From Pseudonocardia sp. (lineage in GTDB: Bacteria > Actinomycetota > Actinomycetes > Mycobacteriales > Pseudonocardiaceae), in contig JBQTKB010000017.1 in NCBI GenBank assembly GCA_052386505.1, positions 6,236-70,235 of the forward strand: a DNA stretch of 64,000 nucleotides, in the 5' to 3' direction. The position numbers were made by a program, and so were the translations under genes. Of the stretch, positions 20,105 to 32,093 are shown one piece after another (position 1 is the stretch's first letter; each line of letters opens with the position of its first letter). The notes beneath the pieces are model-generated. The model was given only the letters and a program-made list of their open reading frames with translations. It was not told where the DNA came from and made no database searches.

Positions 20105-20725
20105 TCAGCTGTCCCCGGCCCGCCGCTCTGCTTCTCGCCGTTCCGAGGCCCGCTCCCGCCGCTCGGCCCGCTCCCGGGCCCGTTGCTCGTCACGCGACTC
20201 CCGGTCGGTCGAGCTGGCCGCGGGCGAGGTACTGGGCCGGGTCGTGGTCGGGCGGGTAGTGGTCGGCCGCAGCCGCGTGGTGCTGGGCCGCTGCGCCCGG
20301 GGCGCCTGGGTGGACGCCGCCCGCGGCGCCTGGGTGGGCGCCACCCGCGGCGGCGGCGGTGGTGGAGGAGGAGGTGTGCCGAACGGCGTCGAGGGCGGGG
20401 GTGCGACGAATGGCACGGACGGCACGGACGAGTCCGACGGGAAGCTCGACGACGGGGAACTCGACGACGAGAAGCTCGACGACGAGGAGCTCGACTCCGA
20501 GGTGGACGGGGACGACGTGGACGGCGACGACGACTCCGGGGAGTAGGTGTACGACGAGGCCGGATCAGGGCTGGACGGGCTGTAGAGCGAGGTGCGCAGG
20601 CCCGGCCGCAGCTCCGGAGCCGGCGGGTCGCCGAGGTCCGCGCCGGTGACCACACCCATCCCCATCACCAGCGCGACCGCGACGCCGGCGATCGAGTGGG
20701 TCGACAGGTCCATATCCCGGATCAA
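20105..20725 (-). CDS. Hypothetical Ser/Pro/Thr-rich protein with N-terminal hydrophobic segment
   Basis: Low-complexity ORF with a signal-like N-terminus, convergent with the sortase gene. Confidence 0.5.
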   Translation of the reverse strand: MIRDMDLSTHSIAGVAVALVMGMGVVTGADLGDPPAPELRPGLRTSLYSPSSPDPASSYTYSPESSSPSTSSPSTSESSSSSSSFSSSSSPSSSFPSDSSVPSVPFVAPPPSTPFGTPPPPPPPPPRVAPTQAPRAASTQAPRAQRPSTTRLRPTTTRPTTTRPSTSPAASSTDRESRDEQRARERAERRERASERREAERRAGDS

Positions 20726-20803
20726 CGACCCACGACCGGGCGAGGATGCGCGGCAGCGTCAGGGAGAAGTCAGAGCAGGGTCACGGACAGGGCCGATGCA
20801 GGG

Positions 20804-21937
20804 TCAGCCGCGGATGGTCAGACCCACCCGTTGGAACTCCTTCAGGTCCGAGTAGCCGGTCTTGGCCAGCGCCCGCCGAAGGGCCCCGAACAGGTTGACC
20901 GTGCCGTCCGGTGCGTCCGCCGGTCCGAACAGCACCGCCTCCAGGCTGTGCCCGCCGGAGCCCAGACCAGTCACATCGCTGCGCGGGAGCGACGGGTGCG
21001 CGGCGGCCGGCGTCCAGTACAGCCCGCCGGCCGGGGCCTCCCGTGCCTCGGCCAGCTGCTCGCCGAGCATCACCGCGTCGGCGCCACAGGCGATCGCCTT
21101 GGCGATGTCGCCGGAGCCGTAGATGCCCCCGTCGGCGATCACGTGCACGTAACGACCGCCGGTCTCGTCGAGGTAGTCCCGCCGGGCGGCGGCGGCGTCG
21201 ACGATCGCGGTCGCCATCGGGACCCCGATGCCCAGTACCGCGTCGGTGGTGGTGGCCAGCGACTCGCCGTAGCCGACCAGCACCCCCGCCGCGCCGGTGC
21301 GCATCAGGTGCATCGCGGTGCGGTAGTCGCCCACCCCGCCGGCCACCACCGGCACGTCCAGGTCGGCGATGAACTGCTTGAGGTTCAGCGGCTCCCCCGC
21401 CCCGGTGGAGACGTGCTCGGCGGAGATGATGGTGCCCTGCACCACGAGGATCTCCACCCCGGCGGCGAGCAGGTGCGGGCTGAGCTCGCGGGCCCGCTGC
21501 GGGCTGACCCGGGCGGCGACCGTCACCCCCGCCTCACGCACCGGGCGCAGCGCCTCGGTCAACAGGTCGGGGTCGATCGGCGCGGTGTGCAGTCGCTGCA
21601 GCAACCTCACCACCTCCGCCGGGTCCTCGCCGTCGCGGGCCGCCGCGACCACCCGACCCAGCTCGACCGCCGGGTCCGCGTGCCGCGCCCACAGCCCCTC
21701 GGCGTTGAGCACGCCGAGGCCGCCGAGCTCGCCGACCCGGATCGCGGTGGCCGGCGAGACGACCGCGTCGGTGGGGTGGGTCAGCAACGGGATCTCGAAC
21801 CGGTAGGCGTCCAGCTGCCACGCCGTGGACACCTCCTGGGACGTCCGAGTCCGCCGCGAGGGCACGATCTCGATCTGGTGGAGGTCGTAGGCCCGCCGGG
21901 CGCTCCGCCCCATGCCGATCTCAACAAGGTCACGCAC
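20804..21937 (-). CDS. guaB3: GuaB3-family IMP dehydrogenase-related protein
   Basis: VRDLVEIGMGRSARRAY, MRTGAAGVLVG, VHVIADGG and LKEFQRV. GTG start 21937. Confidence 0.92.
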   Translation of the reverse strand: MRDLVEIGMGRSARRAYDLHQIEIVPSRRTRTSQEVSTAWQLDAYRFEIPLLTHPTDAVVSPATAIRVGELGGLGVLNAEGLWARHADPAVELGRVVAAARDGEDPAEVVRLLQRLHTAPIDPDLLTEALRPVREAGVTVAARVSPQRARELSPHLLAAGVEILVVQGTIISAEHVSTGAGEPLNLKQFIADLDVPVVAGGVGDYRTAMHLMRTGAAGVLVGYGESLATTTDAVLGIGVPMATAIVDAAAARRDYLDETGGRYVHVIADGGIYGSGDIAKAIACGADAVMLGEQLAEAREAPAGGLYWTPAAAHPSLPRSDVTGLGSGGHSLEAVLFGPADAPDGTVNLFGALRRALAKTGYSDLKEFQRVGLTIRG

Positions 21938-22038
21938 GCGGCAAGGGTATGCCAGTACCCCGACCCGCACCCGCACCGGCGAGTCGCACGCCGCGCCCCG
22001 GTGAGTCACGCACGTCGCCTGGAGTCTCCGGCCGGCCG

Positions 22039-23112
22039 CTACCGGTGGTGGGCCAGACCATCGTGCTGCGCGCGCCCTTCCGGCCCGGCCGGACTGACGT
22101 GCACGGTGGCTCCGACCAGCTTCGGCACGTCGTGCAGCAGCCGGTGGTGCGCGTCGTCGGCGATGGCGTGCGCCTGCACCACGGTGAGCGTCGGGTCGAC
22201 CTCCACCCCGGTCTCGGCGCGCAGCCGGTGGCCGATCCAGCGCAGCCGCAGCGACTCGATGCCGAGCACGCCGGGCACCGAGCGCAGGGAGGCCTCGGCG
22301 GCATCGACGAGCGCCGGCTCGACCGCGTCCATCAGGCGACGGTAGATGTCGACGGCGGCGCCCCTGAGCACGACCAGGATCGCCACCGTGATCAGCAGCC
22401 CGACGATCGGGTCGGCCAGCGGGAACCCCGCCCAGACCCCGATCGCACCGGCCACCACGGCCAGCGAGGTGAACCCGTCGGTCCGCGCGTGCAACCCGTC
22501 GGCCACAAGGGCCGCCGAGCCGATCCGCCGGCCCACCCGGATCCGGTACATCGCGACGACCTCGTTGCCGATGAACCCCACCAGACCGGCCGCCACCACC
22601 GCGCCGACGTAGGCCACCGGCCGCGGCTCGACCAGCCGGCGCACCGACTCGTATCCCGCCACCGCGGCGGACAGCGCGATCATCACGACGATGAACACCC
22701 CGGCCAGGTCCTCGGCGCGGCCGTAGCCGTAGGTGTAGCGACGGGTCGGCGCCCGCCGACCGAGCACGAACGCCACCCACAGCGGCAGCGCGGTCAACGC
22801 ATCGGACACGTTGTGGATCGTGTCGGCGAGCAGCGCGACCGACCCGGTCACCGCGACCACCGCCGCCTGGGCCAGCGCGGTGATCCCCAACCCGACGAGG
22901 CTGATCTTGACCGCCCGGATGCCGTCCGCGCTGGCCGTCAGGGCCGAGTCGACCGAGTCCGCCGGGTCGTGGCTGTGCGGGCGCAGCAGCGAGCCCAGGA
23001 ATCCCCGGACCCCACCGGCATGCCCGTGCCCGTGTCCGGCGCCGTGCCCGTGTCCTTGCTCCTGTCCGCCATGCCCGGCGGGTCCGCCGTGCCCGGCGCG
23101 CGCGGTGGCCAC
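22039..23112 (-). CDS. Cation diffusion facilitator (CDF) metal transporter, His-rich N-terminus
   Basis: ALLADTIHNVSD, YGYGRAEDLAG, ADGLHARTD and LRLRWIGH motifs. Confidence 0.92.
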   Translation of the reverse strand: MATARAGHGGPAGHGGQEQGHGHGAGHGHGHAGGVRGFLGSLLRPHSHDPADSVDSALTASADGIRAVKISLVGLGITALAQAAVVAVTGSVALLADTIHNVSDALTALPLWVAFVLGRRAPTRRYTYGYGRAEDLAGVFIVVMIALSAAVAGYESVRRLVEPRPVAYVGAVVAAGLVGFIGNEVVAMYRIRVGRRIGSAALVADGLHARTDGFTSLAVVAGAIGVWAGFPLADPIVGLLITVAILVVLRGAAVDIYRRLMDAVEPALVDAAEASLRSVPGVLGIESLRLRWIGHRLRAETGVEVDPTLTVVQAHAIADDAHHRLLHDVPKLVGATVHVSPAGPEGRAQHDGLAHHR

Positions 23113-23115
23113 CGG

Positions 23116-24726
<1,611 letters not shown>

Positions 24727-24842
24727 TTATCCGCCGACACCCGCTGGATACCGCAGTTCAGCCGACCGACCTCGTCACCACCACACCCCGCCCGACCCAC
24801 GCGGCGCCACACCCCCGGAGGGAGCCGAGTACCGTGTGTCCC

Positions 24843-25223
24843 GTGTCCCAGGACGCCCTGCCACCCGACCCGTTCGCGGGCGACCCGCACGATCCAACCC
24901 GCGGGCTCGACGAGCTGTCCGAGGTCGACGAGCTGGAGCCGTTGACCGCGGAGGAACGCGCCGAGATCGTCGAGGACCTCGAGGATCTCGCCGTCTATCA
25001 GGCGCTGCTGGAGAGCCGGGGCATCCGCGGTGTGGTGGTCGACTGCGCGGACTGCGGCGAGCAGCACTTCCACGAGTGGGACCTGCTGCGGGCCAGCCTG
25101 TGCCAGCTGCTGGACGAGGGCCAGATGCGCCGGCACGAGCCGGCGTTCGACCCGGACCCGTCTGACTACGTCACCTGGGAGTACTGCCGCGGGTACGCAG
25201 ACGCCATCCTCAACACCACCTGA
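24843..25223 (+). CDS. DUF5319-like protein (Rv3412-like)
   Basis: LPPDPF...DLAVYQALL..RGIRGVVVDCADCGEQH..WDLLR..YVTWEYCRGY, at the syntenic position next to guaB. Confidence 0.8.
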   Translation: MSQDALPPDPFAGDPHDPTRGLDELSEVDELEPLTAEERAEIVEDLEDLAVYQALLESRGIRGVVVDCADCGEQHFHEWDLLRASLCQLLDEGQMRRHEPAFDPDPSDYVTWEYCRGYADAILNTT

Positions 25224-25338
25224 CGGAACCGTAGTCGAGCGTCGACTCGGCCAGGGCGCAGGTAGCACGCCCGAACCGGCGCGGAGAATCCGGCCCGGTT
25301 GGCGGTAATCAACCGGGTCTGAAACGGGCCGTACGCAT

Positions 25339-25378
25339 CGAACCGCCCGCCTCGGATGGTGACCAGGCGGGCGGTTCG
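25339..25378. terminator. Hairpin between convergent genes (14-bp stem)
   Basis: CGAACCGCCCGCCT...AGGCGGGCGGTTCG. Confidence 0.6.
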
Positions 25379-25390
25379 CTGGGTGGCGGC

Positions 25391-26629
25391 TCAGGAACTG
25401 GGCTGCGGAGTCTGCGGGCCCGGCGGAGTCTGCGGGCCCGGAGGGGTCTGCGTGGTCCGGTCCGGCGGCGGGGTCGTCGAATCCGGTTTCGAGTCGGCCG
25501 GTGGCTTGGCCGGAGCGCCTTCGCCCTCACCGGCGGGCTCGCCTTCACCAGCGCCCGGGGAACCGCCCTCGTCCTGCGGCTTGTCCGGCTGCGGCCGCGG
25601 TGACGGCGAGGGCTTGTCCGGCTTGGGCGACGGAGAGGTGGTGGACCCGTCGGGCTTGGGCTTGGTGGGCTCCTCGGCCGGAGCGGGTGCCCGGCGCGGG
25701 TCCGACGAGGCCGGCGAAGGGCTCTGCCCGGCGTCGCCCCTGCCCTGCTCGTCGCGGTCCCGGGGATCGCCCGACCGCGAATCTTCGGACCCCGACCCGG
25801 ACGACCGGGAATCTCCGGAGTCCTCGCCGCGGTCCTTCTCCTCGGATTCGCTATCCCGCTTGCCCGACTCGTCGGTACTGACCTCTTCGCCCTCCTCGGC
25901 GTCCTCGGCCGTCTCGGCCAGGTTCGCACTGCGGCGAGCCAGCTCTTCCTTGGTCTCCTCGTCGGTGACCTTGGCCAGCTCCGGCTCGACCGAGGCCAGA
26001 ACCGCCTGCGCCTCGGACACCCGTCCCTCGGCCAAAGCCTCCCGGGCCGAAGCCAGTGCGATGGTCACCCGCTCGACGGCTTCGACCGACGCGGCACGCT
26101 CACCGTCGAGCGACTTGGAGACGCCCCACAGCGCGTCACCGGGCTTGGCCGTGCCGGCACCGAACGCGACGCCGGACAGGCCGAGCACCACCACCGCCGC
26201 CGCCGCGGCGACCGGCATCAGCCGACGCCGGGACCTCCCGTGCCGGGTGTGGTGGCCGGCCACGATGGCCTCGGAGGCCTGCTCGACCGACACCAGCTCG
26301 GGGATCGGCTCGTCGAGCACCTCGGACCGCCAGGCCCCCAGCATGGCCAGCATCTGCTGGTCGTCGTGGTAGCCGTCGGCCAAATCAGTTCCGAGATCGG
26401 AGTCGAGGCGGTTATCGTAGCCTCCTCCGTAGCTCGGCCGGCCGGACGCGAGCGCGTCGAGCAGCTCGTCGTCGGCCCTGATGGCGAGCAGATCGACCGG
26501 GTCCACGTTCTCGGAGTCGGGGGCTCCGAAGTCATAGGGGGAGTTCGACCTGTGGCCGCTCCGGTCCGGACCGGAGCGGTCCGGACGGCGGCCACGCCGC
26601 GAACCATCACCCTGCCATGGATTGCGCAT
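25391..26629 (-). CDS. rsdA: Anti-sigma-D factor RsdA-like
   Basis: DDELLDALASG...MLAMLGAWRSEV, a TM helix and PGDALWG. Lies downstream of the ECF sigma, as Rv3413c does. Confidence 0.8.
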   Translation of the reverse strand: MRNPWQGDGSRRGRRPDRSGPDRSGHRSNSPYDFGAPDSENVDPVDLLAIRADDELLDALASGRPSYGGGYDNRLDSDLGTDLADGYHDDQQMLAMLGAWRSEVLDEPIPELVSVEQASEAIVAGHHTRHGRSRRRLMPVAAAAAVVVLGLSGVAFGAGTAKPGDALWGVSKSLDGERAASVEAVERVTIALASAREALAEGRVSEAQAVLASVEPELAKVTDEETKEELARRSANLAETAEDAEEGEEVSTDESGKRDSESEEKDRGEDSGDSRSSGSGSEDSRSGDPRDRDEQGRGDAGQSPSPASSDPRRAPAPAEEPTKPKPDGSTTSPSPKPDKPSPSPRPQPDKPQDEGGSPGAGEGEPAGEGEGAPAKPPADSKPDSTTPPPDRTTQTPPGPQTPPGPQTPQPSS

Positions 26630-26644
26630 CAGACCACCTCCTCA

Positions 26645-27214
26645 TTACCGACCCTCGGCCATTGCCTTGCGCAACCGGGCCAGGGCCCGATGCTGCGCCA
26701 CCCGGACCGCGCCGGGGGTTGACCCCACCGCGATCGCCGTCTCTTCCGCGGACAGTCCGTTCACCACCCGCAATACCAAGATCTCACGCTGCTTCTCCGG
26801 AAGTACCTCGAGCAACCGACCCATCTCGCCGGCGGTCTCGAACTGGAGAGCACGTTGCTCCGGCCCGTCCGACACCTCGACGCTGTCCGGTACATCGGAG
26901 ACGGGATCGGATTTGTTACGCCCGGCCGCCCGATGCGCATCGATGACCTTGTGCGCGGCGATGCCGTAGACGAACGCGAGAAAGGGGCGGCCCTGGTCAC
27001 GGTAGGACGACAGAGCGGTGAGGACGGCCATGCACACCTCCTGGGCGACGTCGTCCGCCGAGGCGAACGTGCGCTCCGACCGCCCCAGGCGCGCGCGGCA
27101 GTACCGAACGACCAGCGGACGGATGATCCTCAGGACGTGCTCGACAGCGACCCGGTCACCCGCGATCGCCGCGGCCAGGTACCCGTCGAGCTCCTCGTCC
27201 CTCGAACCAGTCAT
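26645..27214 (-). CDS. sigD: ECF sigma factor, SigD/ShbA family
   Basis: [32 protein letters not shown] and [11 protein letters not shown]. The ORF track extends to 27319. Confidence 0.88.
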   Translation of the reverse strand: MTGSRDEELDGYLAAAIAGDRVAVEHVLRIIRPLVVRYCRARLGRSERTFASADDVAQEVCMAVLTALSSYRDQGRPFLAFVYGIAAHKVIDAHRAAGRNKSDPVSDVPDSVEVSDGPEQRALQFETAGEMGRLLEVLPEKQREILVLRVVNGLSAEETAIAVGSTPGAVRVAQHRALARLRKAMAEGR

Positions 27215-27430
27215 CGCAGGCGTTCGTCCAGGTGTTACCGACACGGGTCCCTCCAGTGCCCGGGGAGGGTGTGCCGGTCCCTGAAGACGCGTCTTCCCCA
27301 TGGCTTCCCCCGGCATCACGGTAGCCGGTGGGCTGTCGCCGACCGGCAGGCATTTCCACTGGGAAGACGCCCGGGCCCGGAGGCAGGTTGCTCGGGCCCG
27401 TACTACCGGCTCAGCACGAGAGGGTGAAGT

Positions 27431-28027
27431 CTAGGACACCAGCCCCCGACGGAATCCGTGAGCCACCGCCTGGGCGCGATCACGGACGCCGAGCTTGCGG
27501 AACAGCCGGCGGGCGTGCGTCTTCACCGTGTCCTCGGACAGGTAGAGCTCGCGGCCGATCTGGCCGTTGCTCTTGCCCTGACTCATCCCGCGCAGCACCT
27601 GCAACTCCCGCTCGGTGAGCTGGACGCCCGGGTCCGTGGGCGCCCTCGGCGTGGGCACCGCGGTGCTCGCCAGGGTGTGGGCCAGGGCGGCGACCAGCTC
27701 CGGACGCGACGCATCCCACCGCAGATAACCTCGGGCTCCACCGGCGATCGCCGCAGCGATACTGCCAGCGTCGTCGGGGGCCCCGAAGACGATGACATTG
27801 GCCTGCGGATGTGCCGCAACCAGACGCCGCGTGGCCTCCACCCCGGTGGGCACCGCGCGCTGGGTGCCGACCAGCACGACGTCCACCGGCTGCCGGGAGT
27901 ACCGGGCCAGCAGCTCGTCGCCGTGCGCTACGCAGTCGATCCGGTGCACCCCAGGCACCGCGGACATCACTCGCGTCAGCCCCTCGCGAACACTGCGACG
28001 ATCATCGCAGATCAGTACCGTCGTCAC
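27431..28027 (-). CDS. Atypical LuxR/NarL-family response regulator, BldM-like
   Basis: TTVLICDD receiver start and LTERELQVLRGMSQGKSNGQIGRELYLSEDTVKTHARRLF HTH. GTG 28027 with a GGAG RBS. Confidence 0.88.
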   Translation of the reverse strand: MTTVLICDDRRSVREGLTRVMSAVPGVHRIDCVAHGDELLARYSRQPVDVVLVGTQRAVPTGVEATRRLVAAHPQANVIVFGAPDDAGSIAAAIAGGARGYLRWDASRPELVAALAHTLASTAVPTPRAPTDPGVQLTERELQVLRGMSQGKSNGQIGRELYLSEDTVKTHARRLFRKLGVRDRAQAVAHGFRRGLVS

Positions 28028-28196
28028 CGGGACTCCCTCCAGCAGCCGCTTCCTACAGCCGGGTGACACGTCATCCCCCGTATCGGCGTGCAGGGAATCT
28101 ACCTTGACACGATCAGGGAGTAATTTCGCACTCCATTCGAGAAGATTGCGCCGAGCGGCACCTCCCGGAGGGGTGACAGGACTCCGAATGGAGCAG

Positions 28197-29222
28197 CTAC
28201 GCCCCCGAAACGTCAGACACCCAGGGTGAGCGGCTGGCTACCCGACGTCCGAACGGGTCCGCCGAGCGGCGGATCCGGGCCAACGACTCGATCAACCGGA
28301 CCTGGTGTCCCGCCGGGCCGCCCGACTCGGGTGCCCCAGCGGTTTTCACCAGCAACAGCAGCAACGGCCATTCGAGCGAGCCCAACCGGGCGACACTCGT
28401 CCGATCGACGAGCCCCTCCAACGTGTGATACGTCGACGACGCCGGCTCCCCCGCGCACGAGCGCGCCACCACGAGCACCAGTTCCGACTTGAGCTCGTGC
28501 CGGACCGCGCCGGCCCGGCGCGCCAGCCCGACCGCCTGTTCGGCGTGCTCCACGGCCGGTCCCGGCTGGCCGCTGGCCAACGCCAGTTCGGCCCGCACCC
28601 AGTGCCAGCGCACCCGGGGGCGCCACGAGGGGTGCGCCAGTGCCCGCGGCCGCACGTCGGCGAGTAGCCGGGCGCCGAGCTCGAGGTCCGCGGTCCCCAG
28701 CGCGTCGGCGGCCAGCCCGAGCAGGCCGTCCACCCGGGCCGCCGCCAGATCCGCACCCACCGAGTCCACCCCGAACGACCCGTCCCCTTCGGACGCGTCG
28801 TCGCCGGTGTCGACGGGCACCTCCCCGCCGGGGTCGACGGGCACGGCTCCGGCGCCCGCACCGGCGCCCCCGGTGGCCAGGGCCAGCCCCAGGCCGTCCC
28901 AGCGCCGCGCCTGAACGTGCCCACCTAGCTGGCGCAGGTGCGCGCCCCGGGTGATAGCGGCATGCGCGCGCACCCGCCGGGGTACCGCCGGGTCCCGGAA
29001 CAGGCTCTCCAACCGCGCGGCCGCGGCCGCGTATCGCCCCCGGGCCCCGAGCGCGACCGCCGCGGCCCAGCACCACTCCGGGCTGTCCGAGGGCCGCACG
29101 ATGATCGGCGCCGCCGGCGCGTCGCCGAACGCGATCCGCCAGGGCGGGACGGCTTCAGGGGTCGGGTCAATGGACCATCGGACCGCCCGGCGCGCGCGAT
29201 TGTCAACATCCGAGCCGCCCAT
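28197..29222 (-). CDS. Conserved hypothetical protein (Rv3415c-like, helical)
   Basis: AVALGARGRYAAA...HLRQLGGH..AR.WDG...VRWHWVRAELALA, at the syntenic position beside whiB3. Confidence 0.7.
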   Translation of the reverse strand: MGGSDVDNRARRAVRWSIDPTPEAVPPWRIAFGDAPAAPIIVRPSDSPEWCWAAAVALGARGRYAAAAARLESLFRDPAVPRRVRAHAAITRGAHLRQLGGHVQARRWDGLGLALATGGAGAGAGAVPVDPGGEVPVDTGDDASEGDGSFGVDSVGADLAAARVDGLLGLAADALGTADLELGARLLADVRPRALAHPSWRPRVRWHWVRAELALASGQPGPAVEHAEQAVGLARRAGAVRHELKSELVLVVARSCAGEPASSTYHTLEGLVDRTSVARLGSLEWPLLLLLVKTAGAPESGGPAGHQVRLIESLARIRRSADPFGRRVASRSPWVSDVSGA

Positions 29223-29377
29223 TCACCGGAGAGTGCGGAATGTGAGGTGGTCCTCTCCGCGAGCCCTTGTCACCCCCGGAGGCCGCTCCTATGGTGGCTG
29301 TCAAGCGCTTGACCAGTCACACACGACCGAGTTGCGGTTGATGTCCAGGGGCGCGCGAAGGTGGGGTAGGACACGGC

Positions 29378-29674
29378 ATGGCTGACATTCGGAGGCTTCC
29401 CGGTCCGAACGGGGACCTGTGGGACTGGCAGCGCCTCGGCGCGTGCCGGGGCATGGACAGCGCCTTCTTCTTCCACCCGGAGGGCGAACGGGGCCCCGCG
29501 CGGGCCAGTCGGGAAGCCAAGGCCAAGGCGGTGTGCGGCCGGTGCCCGGTGGTCGAGCAGTGCCGCCTGCACGCCCTGTCCGTGCAGGAACCCTACGGTA
29601 TCTGGGGGGGCCTTTCCGAGTCCGAGCGAGACGGGCTCATCCGCACCGGCCGTCGCCGGCTCAGCCTCCGCTGA
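29378..29674 (+). CDS. whiB3: WhiB3/WhiD Fe-S transcription regulator
   Basis: Four Cys (C..CxxC..C), WDWQ and GIWGG. Confidence 0.95.
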   Translation: MADIRRLPGPNGDLWDWQRLGACRGMDSAFFFHPEGERGPARASREAKAKAVCGRCPVVEQCRLHALSVQEPYGIWGGLSESERDGLIRTGRRRLSLR

Positions 29675-29713
29675 CGCCCGCACCGCTCGGCTGAGCGCCA
29701 CCCTCACCAGACG

Positions 29714-29762
29714 AACGAACGGCACTTTCGTCGCGTGGTATCCGACGAAAGTGCCGTTCGTT
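29714..29762. terminator. Perfect 20-bp-stem hairpin between convergent whiB3 and groEL (family 2 palindrome)
   Basis: AACGAACGGCACTTTCGTCG-CGTGGTATC-CGACGAAAGTGCCGTTCGTT. Confidence 0.8.
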
Positions 29763-29779
29763 GTGCTGGGCCAGCCAGG

Positions 29780-31510
<1,731 letters not shown>

Positions 31511-31552
31511 TCACCGGATTGCCGGAGCGGCCTACGTTCGTCCTGACCTAGG

Positions 31553-31849
31553 TCAGTTGACGACCGCGAGCACGTCGCGGGCGGAGAGGATGAGGTACTC
31601 CTCGCCGTTGTACTTGACCTCGGTACCGCCGTACTTCGAGTAGATGACGACGTCGCCGACGGCCACGTCAACCGGAACCCGGTTGCCGTTGTCGTCGATA
31701 CGGCCCGGGCCGACCGCCAGAACCTTGCCCTCCTGGGGCTTCTCCTTGGCGGTGTCCGGAATGACGATGCCCGACGCGGTCGTCGTCTCGGCCTCGCTGG
31801 CCTGGACGACGATCTTGTCCTCGAGCGGCTTGATGTTCACGCTCGCCAC
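31553..31849 (-). CDS. groES: Co-chaperonin GroES
   Basis: [26 protein letters not shown] and YSKYGGTE. Confidence 0.98.
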   Translation of the reverse strand: MASVNIKPLEDKIVVQASEAETTTASGIVIPDTAKEKPQEGKVLAVGPGRIDDNGNRVPVDVAVGDVVIYSKYGGTEVKYNGEEYLILSARDVLAVVN

Positions 31850-31970
31850 GGGTGTGTCCTCCCCTTCCTGGGGTGATCGTGACCGGATTCCCGGACGGGA
31901 ATCTCCCTGCTGGGAAATGGCGGCTGTGGCGCCCCGCCGTCGCGGGTGCCGGGGCTCCAGTGCCGCGCAG

Positions 31971-31997
31971 TTGGCACTCTACCCACGCGAGTGCCAG
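31971..31997. promoter_or_regulatory. CIRCE element (HrcA operator) upstream of groES
   Basis: TTGGCACTC-N9-GAGTGCCAG matches the consensus TTAGCACTC-N9-GAGTGCTAA. Confidence 0.9.
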
Positions 31998-32093
31998 CCA
32001 ACAACGCCGACCCGCCCGCGAAACTCCGGACGGCACCAAGATTCATCGCGTGTTGGTTTGCCGGGCCGATCACCGCCGGTGTCTGCTGAGTGC

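Noticed and set aside
32030-32093. PHO box upstream of phoD
   Set aside because: No convincing 11-bp-spaced GTTCA direct repeats were seen.
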